Source of the DNA: an uncultured beta proteobacterium
Lineage (GTDB): Bacteria; Pseudomonadota; Gammaproteobacteria; Burkholderiales; Casimicrobiaceae
Assembly: GCA_963791355.1 (NCBI GenBank)
Contig: CAWBRO010000002.1
Coordinates: 904,873 to 968,872, forward strand
Length of the DNA: 64,000 nucleotides
Reading direction: 5' to 3'
Below, piece after piece: positions 11,285 through 20,174 of this stretch. Numbering within the stretch: position 1 is the first letter of the stretch; each line of letters starts with the position of its first letter. Under the pieces are notes generated by a model. It had not been told where the DNA came from, did no database searches, and saw only the letters and a program-made list of their open reading frames with translations. The translations under genes and the position numbers were made by a program.

Positions 11285-11938
11285 GTGGCACTGAACCTGT
11301 TCGGCCGCCTGATGCCGGTGGAGGAGACGTTCACCGCGCTGTTCTGCGAGCAGGCGATGCACATCCTGGAGGCGGCGAAGGAGCTGCGCACGATGATCGT
11401 CGACGACGCCGACATCCCGGCGCACGTCGTGTCGATCCGCGACATCGAGACGAGGGCGGACGTCGCCGCGCGCAAGGTGTTCATCGCGGCGAACCGCACG
11501 TTCAACGCACCGATCGACCGCGAGGACATCTTGCAGCTCGCGCACGAGCTCGACGACGCGGTCGACCTCATCGAGGACACGGCCAAGGGCATCGCACGCT
11601 ATGACGTGCACGAGCTGCCGTCCCAGATGCACGACATGGCGAACGCCATCGTCGCCAGCGCCGAGCGGCTGCGCAAGGTGATGCCGTATCTCGACTCGGT
11701 GACGCGCGACCACAAGGAGATCTTCGCGCTGTGCCAGGAGATCGGGGACATCGAGGGACGCGCCGACGATTCCTTCGACCAGGGGCTCACGCACCTTCGT
11801 GCCCAGCTGCGCGCCGGCGAGATCGACACCATCGCCTACCTCGACCGCAAGGAGCTCTACGAGCTCGTCGAGAACGTCGTCGACAAGTGCGACGACATCG
11901 CCAACGCGGTGCAGTCGATCACGGCCAAGCACGTCTGA
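11285..11938 (+). CDS. DUF47 family phosphate transport regulator (PhoU-like)
   Basis: IETRAD, TFNAPIDREDI..LAHELDD, IEGRAD, LVENVVDKCDD; adjacent to PiT. Confidence 0.9.
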   Translation: MALNLFGRLMPVEETFTALFCEQAMHILEAAKELRTMIVDDADIPAHVVSIRDIETRADVAARKVFIAANRTFNAPIDREDILQLAHELDDAVDLIEDTAKGIARYDVHELPSQMHDMANAIVASAERLRKVMPYLDSVTRDHKEIFALCQEIGDIEGRADDSFDQGLTHLRAQLRAGEIDTIAYLDRKELYELVENVVDKCDDIANAVQSITAKHV

Positions 11939-11942
11939 CCCG

Positions 11943-12958
11943 ATGCCGATGGACGCGACCGCGCTTGCGCTGCCCGTCCTGATCGGGCTCATTGCGGTCG
12001 CGCTCGTCTTCGACTTCCTGAACGGCCTGCACGACGCCGCCAACTCGATCGCGACGGTGGTTGCGACGCGCGTGCTTACGGCCGCAGACCGCGGTGGTGT
12101 GGGCAGCGTTCTTCAACTTCATCGCCTTCGCGGTGTTCGGGCTGCACGTCGCGCAGACCGTCGGCACCGGCATCGTCGCGCCGGGCATCGTGGACGGCGC
12201 CGTCATCTTCGGCGCATTGATGGGCGCCATCGTCTGGAACGTGATCACGTGGGCGCTCGGCATCCCGTCGAGCAGCAGCCACGCGCTCATCGGCGGGCTC
12301 GCGGGCGCCGGGATCGCCAAGGCCGGTCTCGGCGCGATCGTCGTGAAGGGGCTTGTCGATCACTGCCGCCGGCATCGTCGTGTCGCCGCTGCTCGGATTC
12401 GTCGCTCGCGCAGCTCATCGTGCTGATCGTGAGCTGGGCGGTCGCGCCATCGCACGCCGTACGCCGTCGACCGCCGCTTTCGCGTGCTGCAGCTGTTTTC
12501 GGCGGCGATGTATTCGCTCGGGCACGGCGGCAACGACGCGCAGAAGACCATGGGCATCATCGCGGTGCTCCTCTACTCGCAAGGGATGCTGCAAGGCGAG
12601 TTCCACGTCCCGTTCTGGGTCGTGATCACCTGCCAGGCGGCGATGGGGCTCGGCACGCTACTCGGGCGGCTGGCGCATCGTGAAGACGCTGGGCTCGCGC
12701 ATCACGTCGCTGAAGCCGGTGCAGGGATTCTGCGCGGAGACGGGCGGGGCCATCACGTTGTTCCTTGCCACCGGACTCGGCGTGCCGGTCTCGACCACCC
12801 ATACGATCACCGGCGCCATCGTCGGCGTTGGTGCGGCGCGACGCGCGGCGGCGGTGCGCTGGAGCGTCGCCCAGCGCATCGTGATTGCGTGGGTGATCAC
12901 GCTGCCGGCAGCCGCCGGCATCGCCGCGGCGACGTACTGGGTTACGACCCGCTTTTAG
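11943..12958 (+). CDS. Inorganic phosphate transporter, PiT family
   Basis: NGLHDAANSIAT, GIPSSSSHALIG, HGGNDAQK, PVSTTH. Confidence 0.9.
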
Positions 12959-13364
12959 TCGCTTTTGCCGGGGCGTTCGCCGGCGCCGGCTTCGGGGCGG
13001 GCGGCGAGGTGCTGCGCTTGCCGGTTGGAGCAACATTCGCGTTGCCCAGCGGCTTGGCCGCGGAGCCGAGAATCGGGTCACCCATGTTCTCGAGGTTGAT
13101 GCGCGCGCCGGTTCCGGCGCCGCCCGGCACGAATTCGAGAGGCGCGCACCTGTCCGTTTCCATGGCGATCATGTGCTCGTTGCGCGCACGCATCGCTTTG
13201 CGCTCGGCGGCACCCTCATCGCTCAGGTCGACGGGTGGATAGATGTCCTGATACACCACGTTGTCGTTGCGATCGAGGATGATGTAGCACGTGACGGCGG
13301 AGGCGTCCGGCGTGGCCAGCAAGGCGGCGCCGCAGCAGCAGAGCGTCAGGAGTGTGAGGCGCAT
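12942..13364 (-). CDS. Hypothetical secreted protein with Pro/Ala-rich tail
   Basis: ATG at 13364 with GAGG RBS; signal peptide ending ASA; intact ORF. Confidence 0.65.
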   Translation of the reverse strand: MRLTLLTLCCCGAALLATPDASAVTCYIILDRNDNVVYQDIYPPVDLSDEGAAERKAMRARNEHMIAMETDRCAPLEFVPGGAGTGARINLENMGDPILGSAAKPLGNANVAPTGKRSTSPPAPKPAPANAPAKATKSGS

Positions 13365-13394
13365 GGTGACCTCGAAGCGTCGATGAGATAGGCA

Positions 13395-13760
13395 ATGATA
13401 CGCGTTTGGCATGCACGGGCGCCGTACTCGCCATACGCGCCGACCGCCATCGCCTCCGCGTTGCGCGACGCCGGGTACAACGTCAGGACCACCGCAGTCG
13501 GCGATGCCCCCGTGCTTGTCATCGATGTCCAAATCAAGAAATTCTGGGCGTGGCTCAATCCCGGCTTCTGGGCCATCACAGTCAACACGGACATTGCCAC
13601 CGACATGAAATTTTCGACGGACGCGAATTCAACGGAAGTCTCTGTCCACGTCGAAGATGGTCGTGCGCTCGTCACAGACTCCGCCTGGATCGAAGTCGTC
13701 GACAAGGCGCTGCAGGAATATCGCCGTGAAGTCGCCCGGAAGCTGCCTGTCAAGAAGTAG
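13395..13760 (+). pseudogene. Probable 5'-truncated cassette gene (C-terminal part of a lipoprotein-like protein)
   Basis: Protein-like from AIASALRDAGY through IDVQIKKFWAW; the first ~16 codons look unrelated and there is no signal peptide. Confidence 0.4.
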
Positions 13761-13802
13761 TGCGGCAGCAGGTTCGACGCCGTAGCGTGGTTCGGTGCTT
13801 CA

Positions 13803-13919
13803 AGCTGAGACTGGCCTTGCAGCGGATTGCCGGATCGGATGCCTGGCTTTGACCGGCGACGCTATGCGGCGTACGCTAAATAATTGGCAATCAAAGTAGT
13901 CATATACCTCCAGCTAGGG
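13803..13919 (+). repeat. Highly degenerate attC remnant
   Basis: L''-like TTGCAGCGGAT; GATTGCC/GGCAATC inverted pair; R'-like GCTAGGG just before the next ORF. Confidence 0.35.
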
Positions 13920-13932
13920 GCGTCTCCCAACC

Positions 13933-14172
13933 GTGGCAGCCGAAACGCACGAACTCGAGGGGCCGTCCGAACATGCTGTGCGCTTGGCGCGAACGTGGCT
14001 GACTATTGCCGGATGGGGATGGCTCTTGGTCGGCGTCGTCATGGTCTATTCATCAGGCTTTGCCTCCTGGTGGGCGCCATTGGCACTGCTTACACTGGCC
14101 ATCTCGCACTTCGCCGTCGCACGCTTCGGCTCCCGCCGTGTTGCGGTATTTTTCGTTCTGTTTGCACCATGA
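13933..14172 (+). CDS. Small membrane protein, cassette-borne
   Basis: 79 aa, two hydrophobic helices, followed by attC. Confidence 0.55.
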   Translation: MAAETHELEGPSEHAVRLARTWLTIAGWGWLLVGVVMVYSSGFASWWAPLALLTLAISHFAVARFGSRRVAVFFVLFAP

Positions 14173-14192
14173 GTGGCTTATGTCACAGGCAC

Positions 14193-14283
14193 GCCTAACC
14201 GTACGGTCAACCGGACGGGGACGGTACATGCCTTCAACATGGCGGGCGCCGGCGCGGGCCGCCGGTTAGCTGGAAGGTTAGGC
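14193..14283 (+). repeat. attC site (canonical)
   Basis: R'' GCCTAAC, 5 nt, L'' GGTCAACC-GGAC ... CCGGTTAGC, 6 nt, R' GTTAGGC; R boxes are exact complements. Confidence 0.88.
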
Positions 14284-14300
14284 CGCACAGGAGCGACCGC

Positions 14301-14630
14301 ATGCGCACGTTTGACGAAGAGATCGCGCAACACCTTAAGGAGGCGGCAGAATCAGGTGAACTAGCCGCCGCGAAGGGCTACGGCAAGCCATCCGAATCGG
14401 ATCCGGGGTGGGACGCTACCCCAGCCGATCTCCGCATGCCGATGAAGATACTGAAGGATGCCGGCGTCCCTCCGCCCGAGGTCGAGATGTTCCGCGAGCG
14501 AGCGCGTCTCAGGGCGCTAGTCGACGCGTCCGCCGACTCGGGTGAGCGTGATCGGCTCCGGCTTCAACTCATGGAACTCGAACAGAGAATCGCCCTGCGA
14601 CTGGAGTCGCTGCGGTTGCACGGTCTTTGA
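14301..14630 (+). CDS. DUF1992 (YhdN-like) protein, cassette-borne
   Basis: GEL...GYGKP, LRMPMKILKDAGVPPPEVE; AGGAG RBS just after attC. Confidence 0.8.
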   Translation: MRTFDEEIAQHLKEAAESGELAAAKGYGKPSESDPGWDATPADLRMPMKILKDAGVPPPEVEMFRERARLRALVDASADSGERDRLRLQLMELEQRIALRLESLRLHGL

Positions 14631-14660
14631 GTGGAGTTAACGAAAGTGGTTTGTCCCGTT

Positions 14661-14767
14661 GTCCAACCGGCGATTGAGCGGGCTACCTCGCGCTCAACCG
14701 GCCCCGAAGCTGCGCGGCTTCTTGCTTCGCCACTGCCGTGGCGGGCTGGTTAACTCAATCGTTAGGC
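14661..14767 (+). repeat. attC site with an extra left arm
   Basis: GTCCAAC..GATTGAGCGG at 14661, then GGCTAC-CTCGC-GCTCAACCGG ... CTGGTTAAC-TCAATC-GTTAGGC. Confidence 0.8.
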
Positions 14768-14786
14768 CGCGCACTGTAACGCCGAA

Positions 14787-15074
14787 ATGCTCACACTCTG
14801 GAGCCGTTCCCGTTCAATGCGCTCTCGCGATGCAACGTCGGAAATCGCACGCCCTCGAGCCTTTCCCGCAATCGCGACGGGTGCGCAGGCGGTCGGCGCC
14901 TTCGCATTGGGCGCCCTCGCGCTCGGCGCGTTGGCAATTGGTGCCTTGGCCATCGGTCGGCTGGTTGTCAGGCAGGCCCGAATCAGACGACTGGAAATCG
15001 ACGAACTCGTCGTGCGGCGCGTCCTGGTTACCGAGCAGCTCACGACGCCATCGAAGTCGGATCCGGAGAGCTAG
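14787..15074 (+). CDS. Hypothetical single-TM protein with GALA repeats, cassette-borne
   Basis: GAFALGALALGALAIGALAIGRL..ARIRRLEIDELVVRR; lies between attC sites; start uncertain. Confidence 0.65.
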   Translation: MLTLWSRSRSMRSRDATSEIARPRAFPAIATGAQAVGAFALGALALGALAIGALAIGRLVVRQARIRRLEIDELVVRRVLVTEQLTTPSKSDPES

Positions 15075-15097
15075 GATATGCGTGATATGCCGGCTCG

Positions 15098-15182
15098 GCC
15101 CGACATTGCGTTGAACAGGACGCGTGTCGGTCGCCCGTTCTTCGGCGGGCTCGGCACGCGCCGGTTAACTTGATCGTCAGTT
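15098..15182 (+). repeat. attC-like site with non-canonical core (GAC/GTC)
   Basis: GCCCGAC-ATTGC-GTTGAACA-GGAC ... CCGGTTAAC-TTGATC-GTCAGTT; central CGCGTGTCG/CGGCACGCG stem. Confidence 0.7.
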
Positions 15183-15185
15183 CGC

Positions 15186-15296
15186 ATGTCGGAGACGCGA
15201 AAAATGCGCTGCGATATCGAACGGCTGGCCGGAGGAAGCCTCTGTGTGCCGCCATATCGTGGAGTCCCTGCCAGCCGAATCGACGCAACGTCATAA
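15186..15296 (+). CDS. 36-aa ORF in a mini-cassette (or cassette remnant)
   Basis: ATG 3 nt after the R' box; TAA lies inside TCATAAC (R'' position); MSETRKMRCDIERLAGG... Confidence 0.3.
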   Translation: MSETRKMRCDIERLAGGSLCVPPYRGVPASRIDATS

Positions 15297-15314
15297 CCGG
15301 ACGCCCGGTTAGGC
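15291..15314 (+). repeat. 24-bp mini/deleted attC
   Basis: TCATAACCGG-ACGC-CCGGTTAGGC; perfect TAACCGG/CCGGTTA hairpin ending in GTTAGGC. Confidence 0.5.
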
Positions 15315-15389
15315 GCCACTTCGCGCGAACAGCCGACCAACGTAGAAATCATTCGACACGATCAGGTACAGGCCTTTGTCAACTCAGGC

Positions 15390-15719
15390 GTGACGTCGCA
15401 TCAGCTTCTGTTCCCCGAGAACTCGAAATCGTTGCGGGTCACAATCACCAAGGTCGTGCTTGAGCCAGGCGCGGTCAGTCCTCGACACCGACATCCCTCA
15501 TCGGAGCAAGTGTGGGTCGCGCTGGGCGGTACTGGTCTCATTCTGCTGGCGAACGACGAAGCGGTTTCATTTTCGACCGGTGACATTGCCCGGTTCGAGG
15601 ATGGTGACGTTCACGGCTTTCAAAACACGGGAGCCGTGCCCTTTGAGTATTTGTCGGTCACGTCACCACCCATCAACTTTCGCGCCGCGTATGCCGCTTC
15701 GTGGAACGCGAAGCCATAA
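15390..15719 (+). CDS. Cupin domain protein, cassette-borne
   Basis: PRHRHPSSEQVW..GTG and GD....DGDVHGFQN cupin motifs; frame stays protein-like back to 15342. Confidence 0.85.
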   Translation: MTSHQLLFPENSKSLRVTITKVVLEPGAVSPRHRHPSSEQVWVALGGTGLILLANDEAVSFSTGDIARFEDGDVHGFQNTGAVPFEYLSVTSPPINFRAAYAASWNAKP

Positions 15720-15733
15720 GCAATTCAATTGGC

Positions 15734-15882
15734 GCCCAACGCGGCGTTCCAGCGGACGCGCCGGTACGCGGCTTGTCGTTACGTTGAACAGGCAATGACG
15801 CCTAGCATTGCGCTCAACCGGACAGGCCGGCACGCGGCTTCTCTCCATCGGCGCGGCCGGCTGGTTAGGCTGAGCGTCAGGC
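15734..15882 (+). repeat. attC left-arm remnant (15734) followed by a degenerate attC (15800-15882)
   Basis: GCCCAAC-GCGGC-GTTCCAGC-GGAC; then GCCTAGC-ATTGC-GCTCAACC-GGAC ... CTGGTTAGG-CTGAGC-GTCAGGC. Confidence 0.72.
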
Positions 15883-15917
15883 TATGCGGATCGACACACG
15901 TCCTGCCATAGGTAACG

Positions 15918-16337
15918 TCAGGCACCGGCCTTCATCCTTCTGGCGATCGACAGGACGATCCCAGCCACCAGCGAGGCTACGACCAACGCGCCGATACCAG
16001 TTTCGACTTGCGCTGAAGCGCGATCGGTGGAAACGACCGACCAGGCGAGCATGAACAGAGTCCCGCCTATACCGAAAGGAAGAAGCTGGCTCTCGGCCGA
16101 CACACGAACGTTGGCGGAAGAGAGAAAGACCATGGCTACGCCGATGCCTAGACCCGCCAGCAATCCGCAAACAGCGATAGTCCCGACAATTCCCATCAGG
16201 AAGCGAGTCGGCGAGGCGATTGCGTACATCAACGGCTGCGGCGACAAAGAGAAGGCGACGCACAACAGCGCGATCCCCCTGCTTGAGATTGAGGTCACTC
16301 GATTACCGGACCACTGTGCGCCACTGGCCACATACAA
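15918..16337 (-). CDS. Hypothetical 4-TM membrane protein
   Basis: Intact hydrophobic ORF, opposite to array orientation; start uncertain. Confidence 0.5.
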   Translation of the reverse strand: MYVASGAQWSGNRVTSISSRGIALLCVAFSLSPQPLMYAIASPTRFLMGIVGTIAVCGLLAGLGIGVAMVFLSSANVRVSAESQLLPFGIGGTLFMLAWSVVSTDRASAQVETGIGALVVASLVAGIVLSIARRMKAGA

Positions 16338-16396
16338 CGTCTAAGTCCAAATCCTGAGGGGACGGATGTCAACCATTCAAGTGGCACCGAATCGCC

Positions 16397-16816
16397 GTGG
16401 CGATGTTGGCCTGTATTTCGCGATCGTCGTTCGGACAAGACCGCATCGATGAGCGGCCCATGCCCACCAACGGTGCCGAGATCAGGATGGAGTGCTACGC
16501 GATTGCGCGCGAACGCATCGCGCAAAGGAATTTCGCCGGTCAGAATCCGGCGAACGTTCCGCATCCGGATTATCGGATCAAGGTGCAGCCGTCGCCTCCC
16601 GCACCTCCTACGAAAGAGCAGGCCGAAAGCAATCTGCGGCGTCTGGACAAGCGGTCCGCAGATGTTGGCTGCGTGGCCTTTCAGCAGTGCGTCGGCAAGT
16701 GCGCGCACCGGACAGACGAGCAACTGAACCGTCCGCCATACGCCTATTGCGACGACATGTGTGGCCGCGAGACGTTGAGTCGGCCGTCGTTCTCATCACC
16801 TGAACCGGGCCAATGA
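16397..16816 (+). CDS. Hypothetical Cys-rich, probably secreted protein
   Basis: 139 aa with 7 Cys, including CxxxxxCxxxC and CxxxC. Confidence 0.45.
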   Translation: MAMLACISRSSFGQDRIDERPMPTNGAEIRMECYAIARERIAQRNFAGQNPANVPHPDYRIKVQPSPPAPPTKEQAESNLRRLDKRSADVGCVAFQQCVGKCAHRTDEQLNRPPYAYCDDMCGRETLSRPSFSSPEPGQ

Positions 16817-16856
16817 ATGCTCACCGGTTCCGCGATGCTAAGGGGCCTTGGTGGGG

Positions 16857-16932
16857 TGGTGCCGGTGGAGAGAGTCGAACTCCCGACCTTCGCATTACGA
16901 ATGCGCTGCTCTACCAACTGAGCTACACCGGC
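16857..16932 (-). tRNA. tRNA-Thr (CGT)
   Basis: GCCGGTGTAGCTCAGTTGGTAGAGC...TT-CGT-AA...GTTCGACT...ACCA, 76 nt. Confidence 0.97.
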
Positions 16933-17016
16933 ACGGTCCTGCGGCCGCGCATCGCCTCATCGAACAACCGGCAATGCGGGAAAGCCGGCTATTCTAGCAG
17001 AAACCGACGGCACTCG

Positions 17017-17682
17017 TCACGAGTGAGGCTTGCTGAGCCCGAACGACGCGTCGATGCCGTTCCACATGATCTGCACGCCGATGCACATGAGGATGAACGC
17101 GGACAACCGCATCACCACCGCGAGTCCGGTTGCGCCGAGCGTGCGTTGCAGCCGCTCGGCGAAGGCGAAGCAGAAGTAGGTGGTGACGCAGACGATCAGC
17201 GCGCCGATGATCGCCGAGAGGGCGTCGTACACGAACGGCTGCGGCGTGGAAGGAAAATTCGCGCCGAGCGTGACCGCCACGGAAATCGCACCAGGGCCGA
17301 CGGTGAGCGGCAGCGTCAGCGGATAGAACGCCTTGGCCCCGAGCGCGCTCTCGCTCTCGACCGATCGCGAATCGATCTCGATGCCGCTGTCGTGCAGAAG
17401 CCTGAACCCGAGGCTCGCGACGACGAACCCGCCCGCGACCTGCAGCACGGGCACCGACACGCCGAAGAAGTCGAGCACATAATCGCCCGCGAAAACGGCG
17501 ACCACGAGAAGCACGAACCCGTTGATCGCGACCTGGCGGGCGAGGACGGCGCGCTCGGCATCGGTCAGGTCCTGCGTCAGCGAGAGGAACAGCGGCGCCG
17601 TGCCGAGCGGGTTGACGATGGGCATCAAGGCGGCAACCGCAAGAAGAATCCCTTGCACGACGCCGCGGATGTCCTCGTTCAT
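17017..17682 (-). CDS. MarC family membrane protein
   Basis: PIVNPLG.AP.F, FYPLTLPLTVGPGAIS, RLSAFILMCIGVQI. Confidence 0.9.
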   Translation of the reverse strand: MNEDIRGVVQGILLAVAALMPIVNPLGTAPLFLSLTQDLTDAERAVLARQVAINGFVLLVVAVFAGDYVLDFFGVSVPVLQVAGGFVVASLGFRLLHDSGIEIDSRSVESESALGAKAFYPLTLPLTVGPGAISVAVTLGANFPSTPQPFVYDALSAIIGALIVCVTTYFCFAFAERLQRTLGATGLAVVMRLSAFILMCIGVQIMWNGIDASFGLSKPHS

Positions 17683-17683
17683 G

Positions 17684-18385
17684 TCACTTCGGCGAGGCGG
17701 GCTGCGTCACGTGCGGCGGCGCGAACAGCAATTCGCTCATCAATGACTTGACGCCGTTCCAGGCGATCTCCACGCCGATGCACAGCACGATGAACGCCGA
17801 CAGGCGCAGCACGACCATCACGCGCGTATGGCCGAGCCATTGCGCGACCCGCGGCGCGTATCGATACGCGAACCAGACGCTCGCCGAGATGATCGCGGTC
17901 CCGGTGATGCCGCCGAGGAAAGCGATCAACGCGCGCTCGACACCATGCGCGTGGTTGGCGCCGATGGTCACTGCAACCGAGATCGCGCCTGGGTCCACCG
18001 TGAGCGGCAGCGTGAGCGGGTAGAACGCACGCATGATCATCGACTCGCCCGGGATCGGCGTCACGGGTCCCGCGGCCGGCTCGCTGTTCAGAAGGTTCCA
18101 GCCGAGGGCGCAGAGCACGGCTCCGCCCGCCACCTGGACCACGGCCACCGACAGCCCGAATATCTTCAGCACGTACGCGCCGAAGATCAGCGACCCCATG
18201 ATGAGCAGGAACGCATTGATCGCGATCTTGGCGGCCAGTTGCGCGCGCGTGCCTTCGTCGGCGCCGTGCGTCATCGCGAGGAACATCGGCGCCGATCCCA
18301 CCGGATTCACGATCGGCAGGATGCCCCCCACGACCAGGAGGAGGGCAGTGAGGAAGTAGCGAACGTCGTCGGAGATCGCGAGCAC
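17684..18385 (-). CDS. MarC family membrane protein (tandem paralog)
   Basis: PIVNPVGSAPMF, FYPLTLPLTVDPGAIS, RLSAFIVLCIGVEI; start taken at GTG 18385. Confidence 0.88.
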   Translation of the reverse strand: MLAISDDVRYFLTALLLVVGGILPIVNPVGSAPMFLAMTHGADEGTRAQLAAKIAINAFLLIMGSLIFGAYVLKIFGLSVAVVQVAGGAVLCALGWNLLNSEPAAGPVTPIPGESMIMRAFYPLTLPLTVDPGAISVAVTIGANHAHGVERALIAFLGGITGTAIISASVWFAYRYAPRVAQWLGHTRVMVVLRLSAFIVLCIGVEIAWNGVKSLMSELLFAPPHVTQPASPK

Positions 18386-18410
18386 GGCGCGCGGTACACT
18401 AGCACAGCCC

Positions 18411-19149
18411 GTGCCCGCCACTCGATCGCTCTTCGGATTCCACGCCGTCACGGCGCGCCTGCGCCAGCGGCCCGAGGCCGTGCACGCGCTCTACGTGCAA
18501 TCGGGCCGCGACGATCCGCGCATGCGCGACCTCGTGGCGCGCGCGGAAGCCTCCCGGGTCACCCTCCACGTCGTCGACCACGCGCGACTCGATGCGCTGG
18601 CGGGTCACGGCCGTCACCAGGGTGTCGTCGCCATCGTCGACGACGCACTGCCGCACGTCACGCTCGACGACGTCCTCGATGCGCCGGCCGAGCCGCCCCT
18701 GCTGCTCGTCCTCGACGGCGTGACCGACCCGCACAATCTCGGCGCGTGCCTGCGCAGCGCGGACGCCTTCGGCGCGATGGCCGTCGTCGTTCCCAAGGAC
18801 CGTGCCGTCGGCGTCAATGCGACCGTGGCGAAGGCGGCGTCCGGGGCGGCGGATACCGTGCCCGTCATCGCGGTCACGAACCTCGCGCGGACGCTGCGCG
18901 AGCTCAAGGAACGCGAAGTGTGGGTGGTGGGCGCGGACGCCGGCGGCGAGGCGCTCGCACCAGGCCGACCTCGGCGGGCCGATCGCATGGGTGCTGGGCG
19001 CGGAGGGCGCGGGCCTGCGGCGTCTCACCCGCGAGTCGTGCGACCGCATCGTCGGCATTCCGCTGACCGGCACCGTCGAGAGCCTCAACGTGTCCGTCGC
19101 GGCCGGCATCTGCCTCTACGCCACTCGCGCAGCGCGGTTGCGCGCGTAA
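18411..19149 (+). CDS. rlmB: 23S rRNA (G2251-2'-O)-methyltransferase
   Basis: [48 protein letters not shown]; one indel. Confidence 0.92.
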
Positions 19150-19164
19150 AATCCGCGGCCAGCC

Positions 19165-20174
19165 ATGCTCCGTTTCCTCCTCACCCGGCTGTCGCTCGTC
19201 ATCCCGACGTTCATCGGCATGACGCTGCTCGCGTTCTTCCTCATCCGCCTGGTGCCGGGCGATCCCATCGAGACGATGGCAGGCGAGCGCGGCATCGATC
19301 CCGTGCGTCACGCGCAGCTGCTCAAGGAATACGGCCTCGACCGGCCGGTGCTCGTGCAGTACGGCATCTACATCGGCCGCGTGCTGCATGGCGACCTCGG
19401 CAAGTCGATGATCACGCAGGCGCCGGTGCTGCACGAGTTCATCGCGCTGTTTCCGGCCACGATCGAGCTCGCGCTGTGCGCGATCCTGTTCGCGCTCGTT
19501 GCTCGGCATTCCCGCGGGCATCATCGCCGCGGTCCGCCGCAACTCGCTGTTCGACCACGGCGTGATGGGCATCTCGCTCACCGGCTATTCGATGCCGATC
19601 TTCTGGTGGGGGCTGCTGCTGATCCTGCTGTTCTCGGTGCAGCTCGGCATGGACACCGGTGTCCGGACGCATCGACGTCAGGTACTACATCGAGCCGGTC
19701 ACCGGCTTCCTCACCATCGACTCGCTGCTGTCGGGCGAGAAGGGCGCGTTCAAGTCGGCGGTGTCGCACCTCATCCTGCCGACGATCGTGCTCGGCACGC
19801 AGCCGCTCGCGATCATCGCGCGCATGACGCGCTCGGCGATGCTCGAGGTGCTGGGCGAGGATTACATCCGCACCGCGCGCGCGAAAGGACTGTCGAGCCT
19901 GCGCGTCGTGGCGCTGCACGCGTTGCGCAACGCGCTGATTCCCGTCGTCACCGTGATCGGCTTGCAGGTCGGCGTGCTGTTCACCGGCGCGATCCTCACC
20001 GAGACGATCTTCTCGTGGCCGGGTGTGGGCAAGTGGCTGATCGAGGCGATCAACCGCCGCGACTATCCGGTGCTGCAGGGCGGCGTGCTGCTGCTGGGCG
20101 TGGTCGTGATGGCGGTCAACCTGCTGGTCGACGTCACGTACGGCATGATCAATCCGCGGATCCGCAAATCATGA
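19165..20174 (+). CDS. dppB: Dipeptide ABC permease
   Basis: GDLGKS, FPATIEL, SMPIFWWG, MLEVLGEDYIRTARAKG. Confidence 0.9.

Larger units (their letters stand above)
13395..16816 (+). mobile_element. Integron cassette array without integrase (CALIN-like), next to the 3' end of tRNA-Thr
   Basis: Short unrelated ORFs separated by attC-like imperfect palindromes; visibly more A/T than flanks; no intI in window. Confidence 0.75.

Noticed and set aside
13760-15900. CRISPR array or toxin-antitoxin repeats
   Set aside because: The repeats are long imperfect palindromes separated by whole ORFs, not identical repeats with 30-40 bp spacers; no cas genes
13365-16932. Prophage or integrative element at tRNA-Thr
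   Set aside because: No integrase or phage genes, and no duplicated tRNA 3' end found at the far boundary
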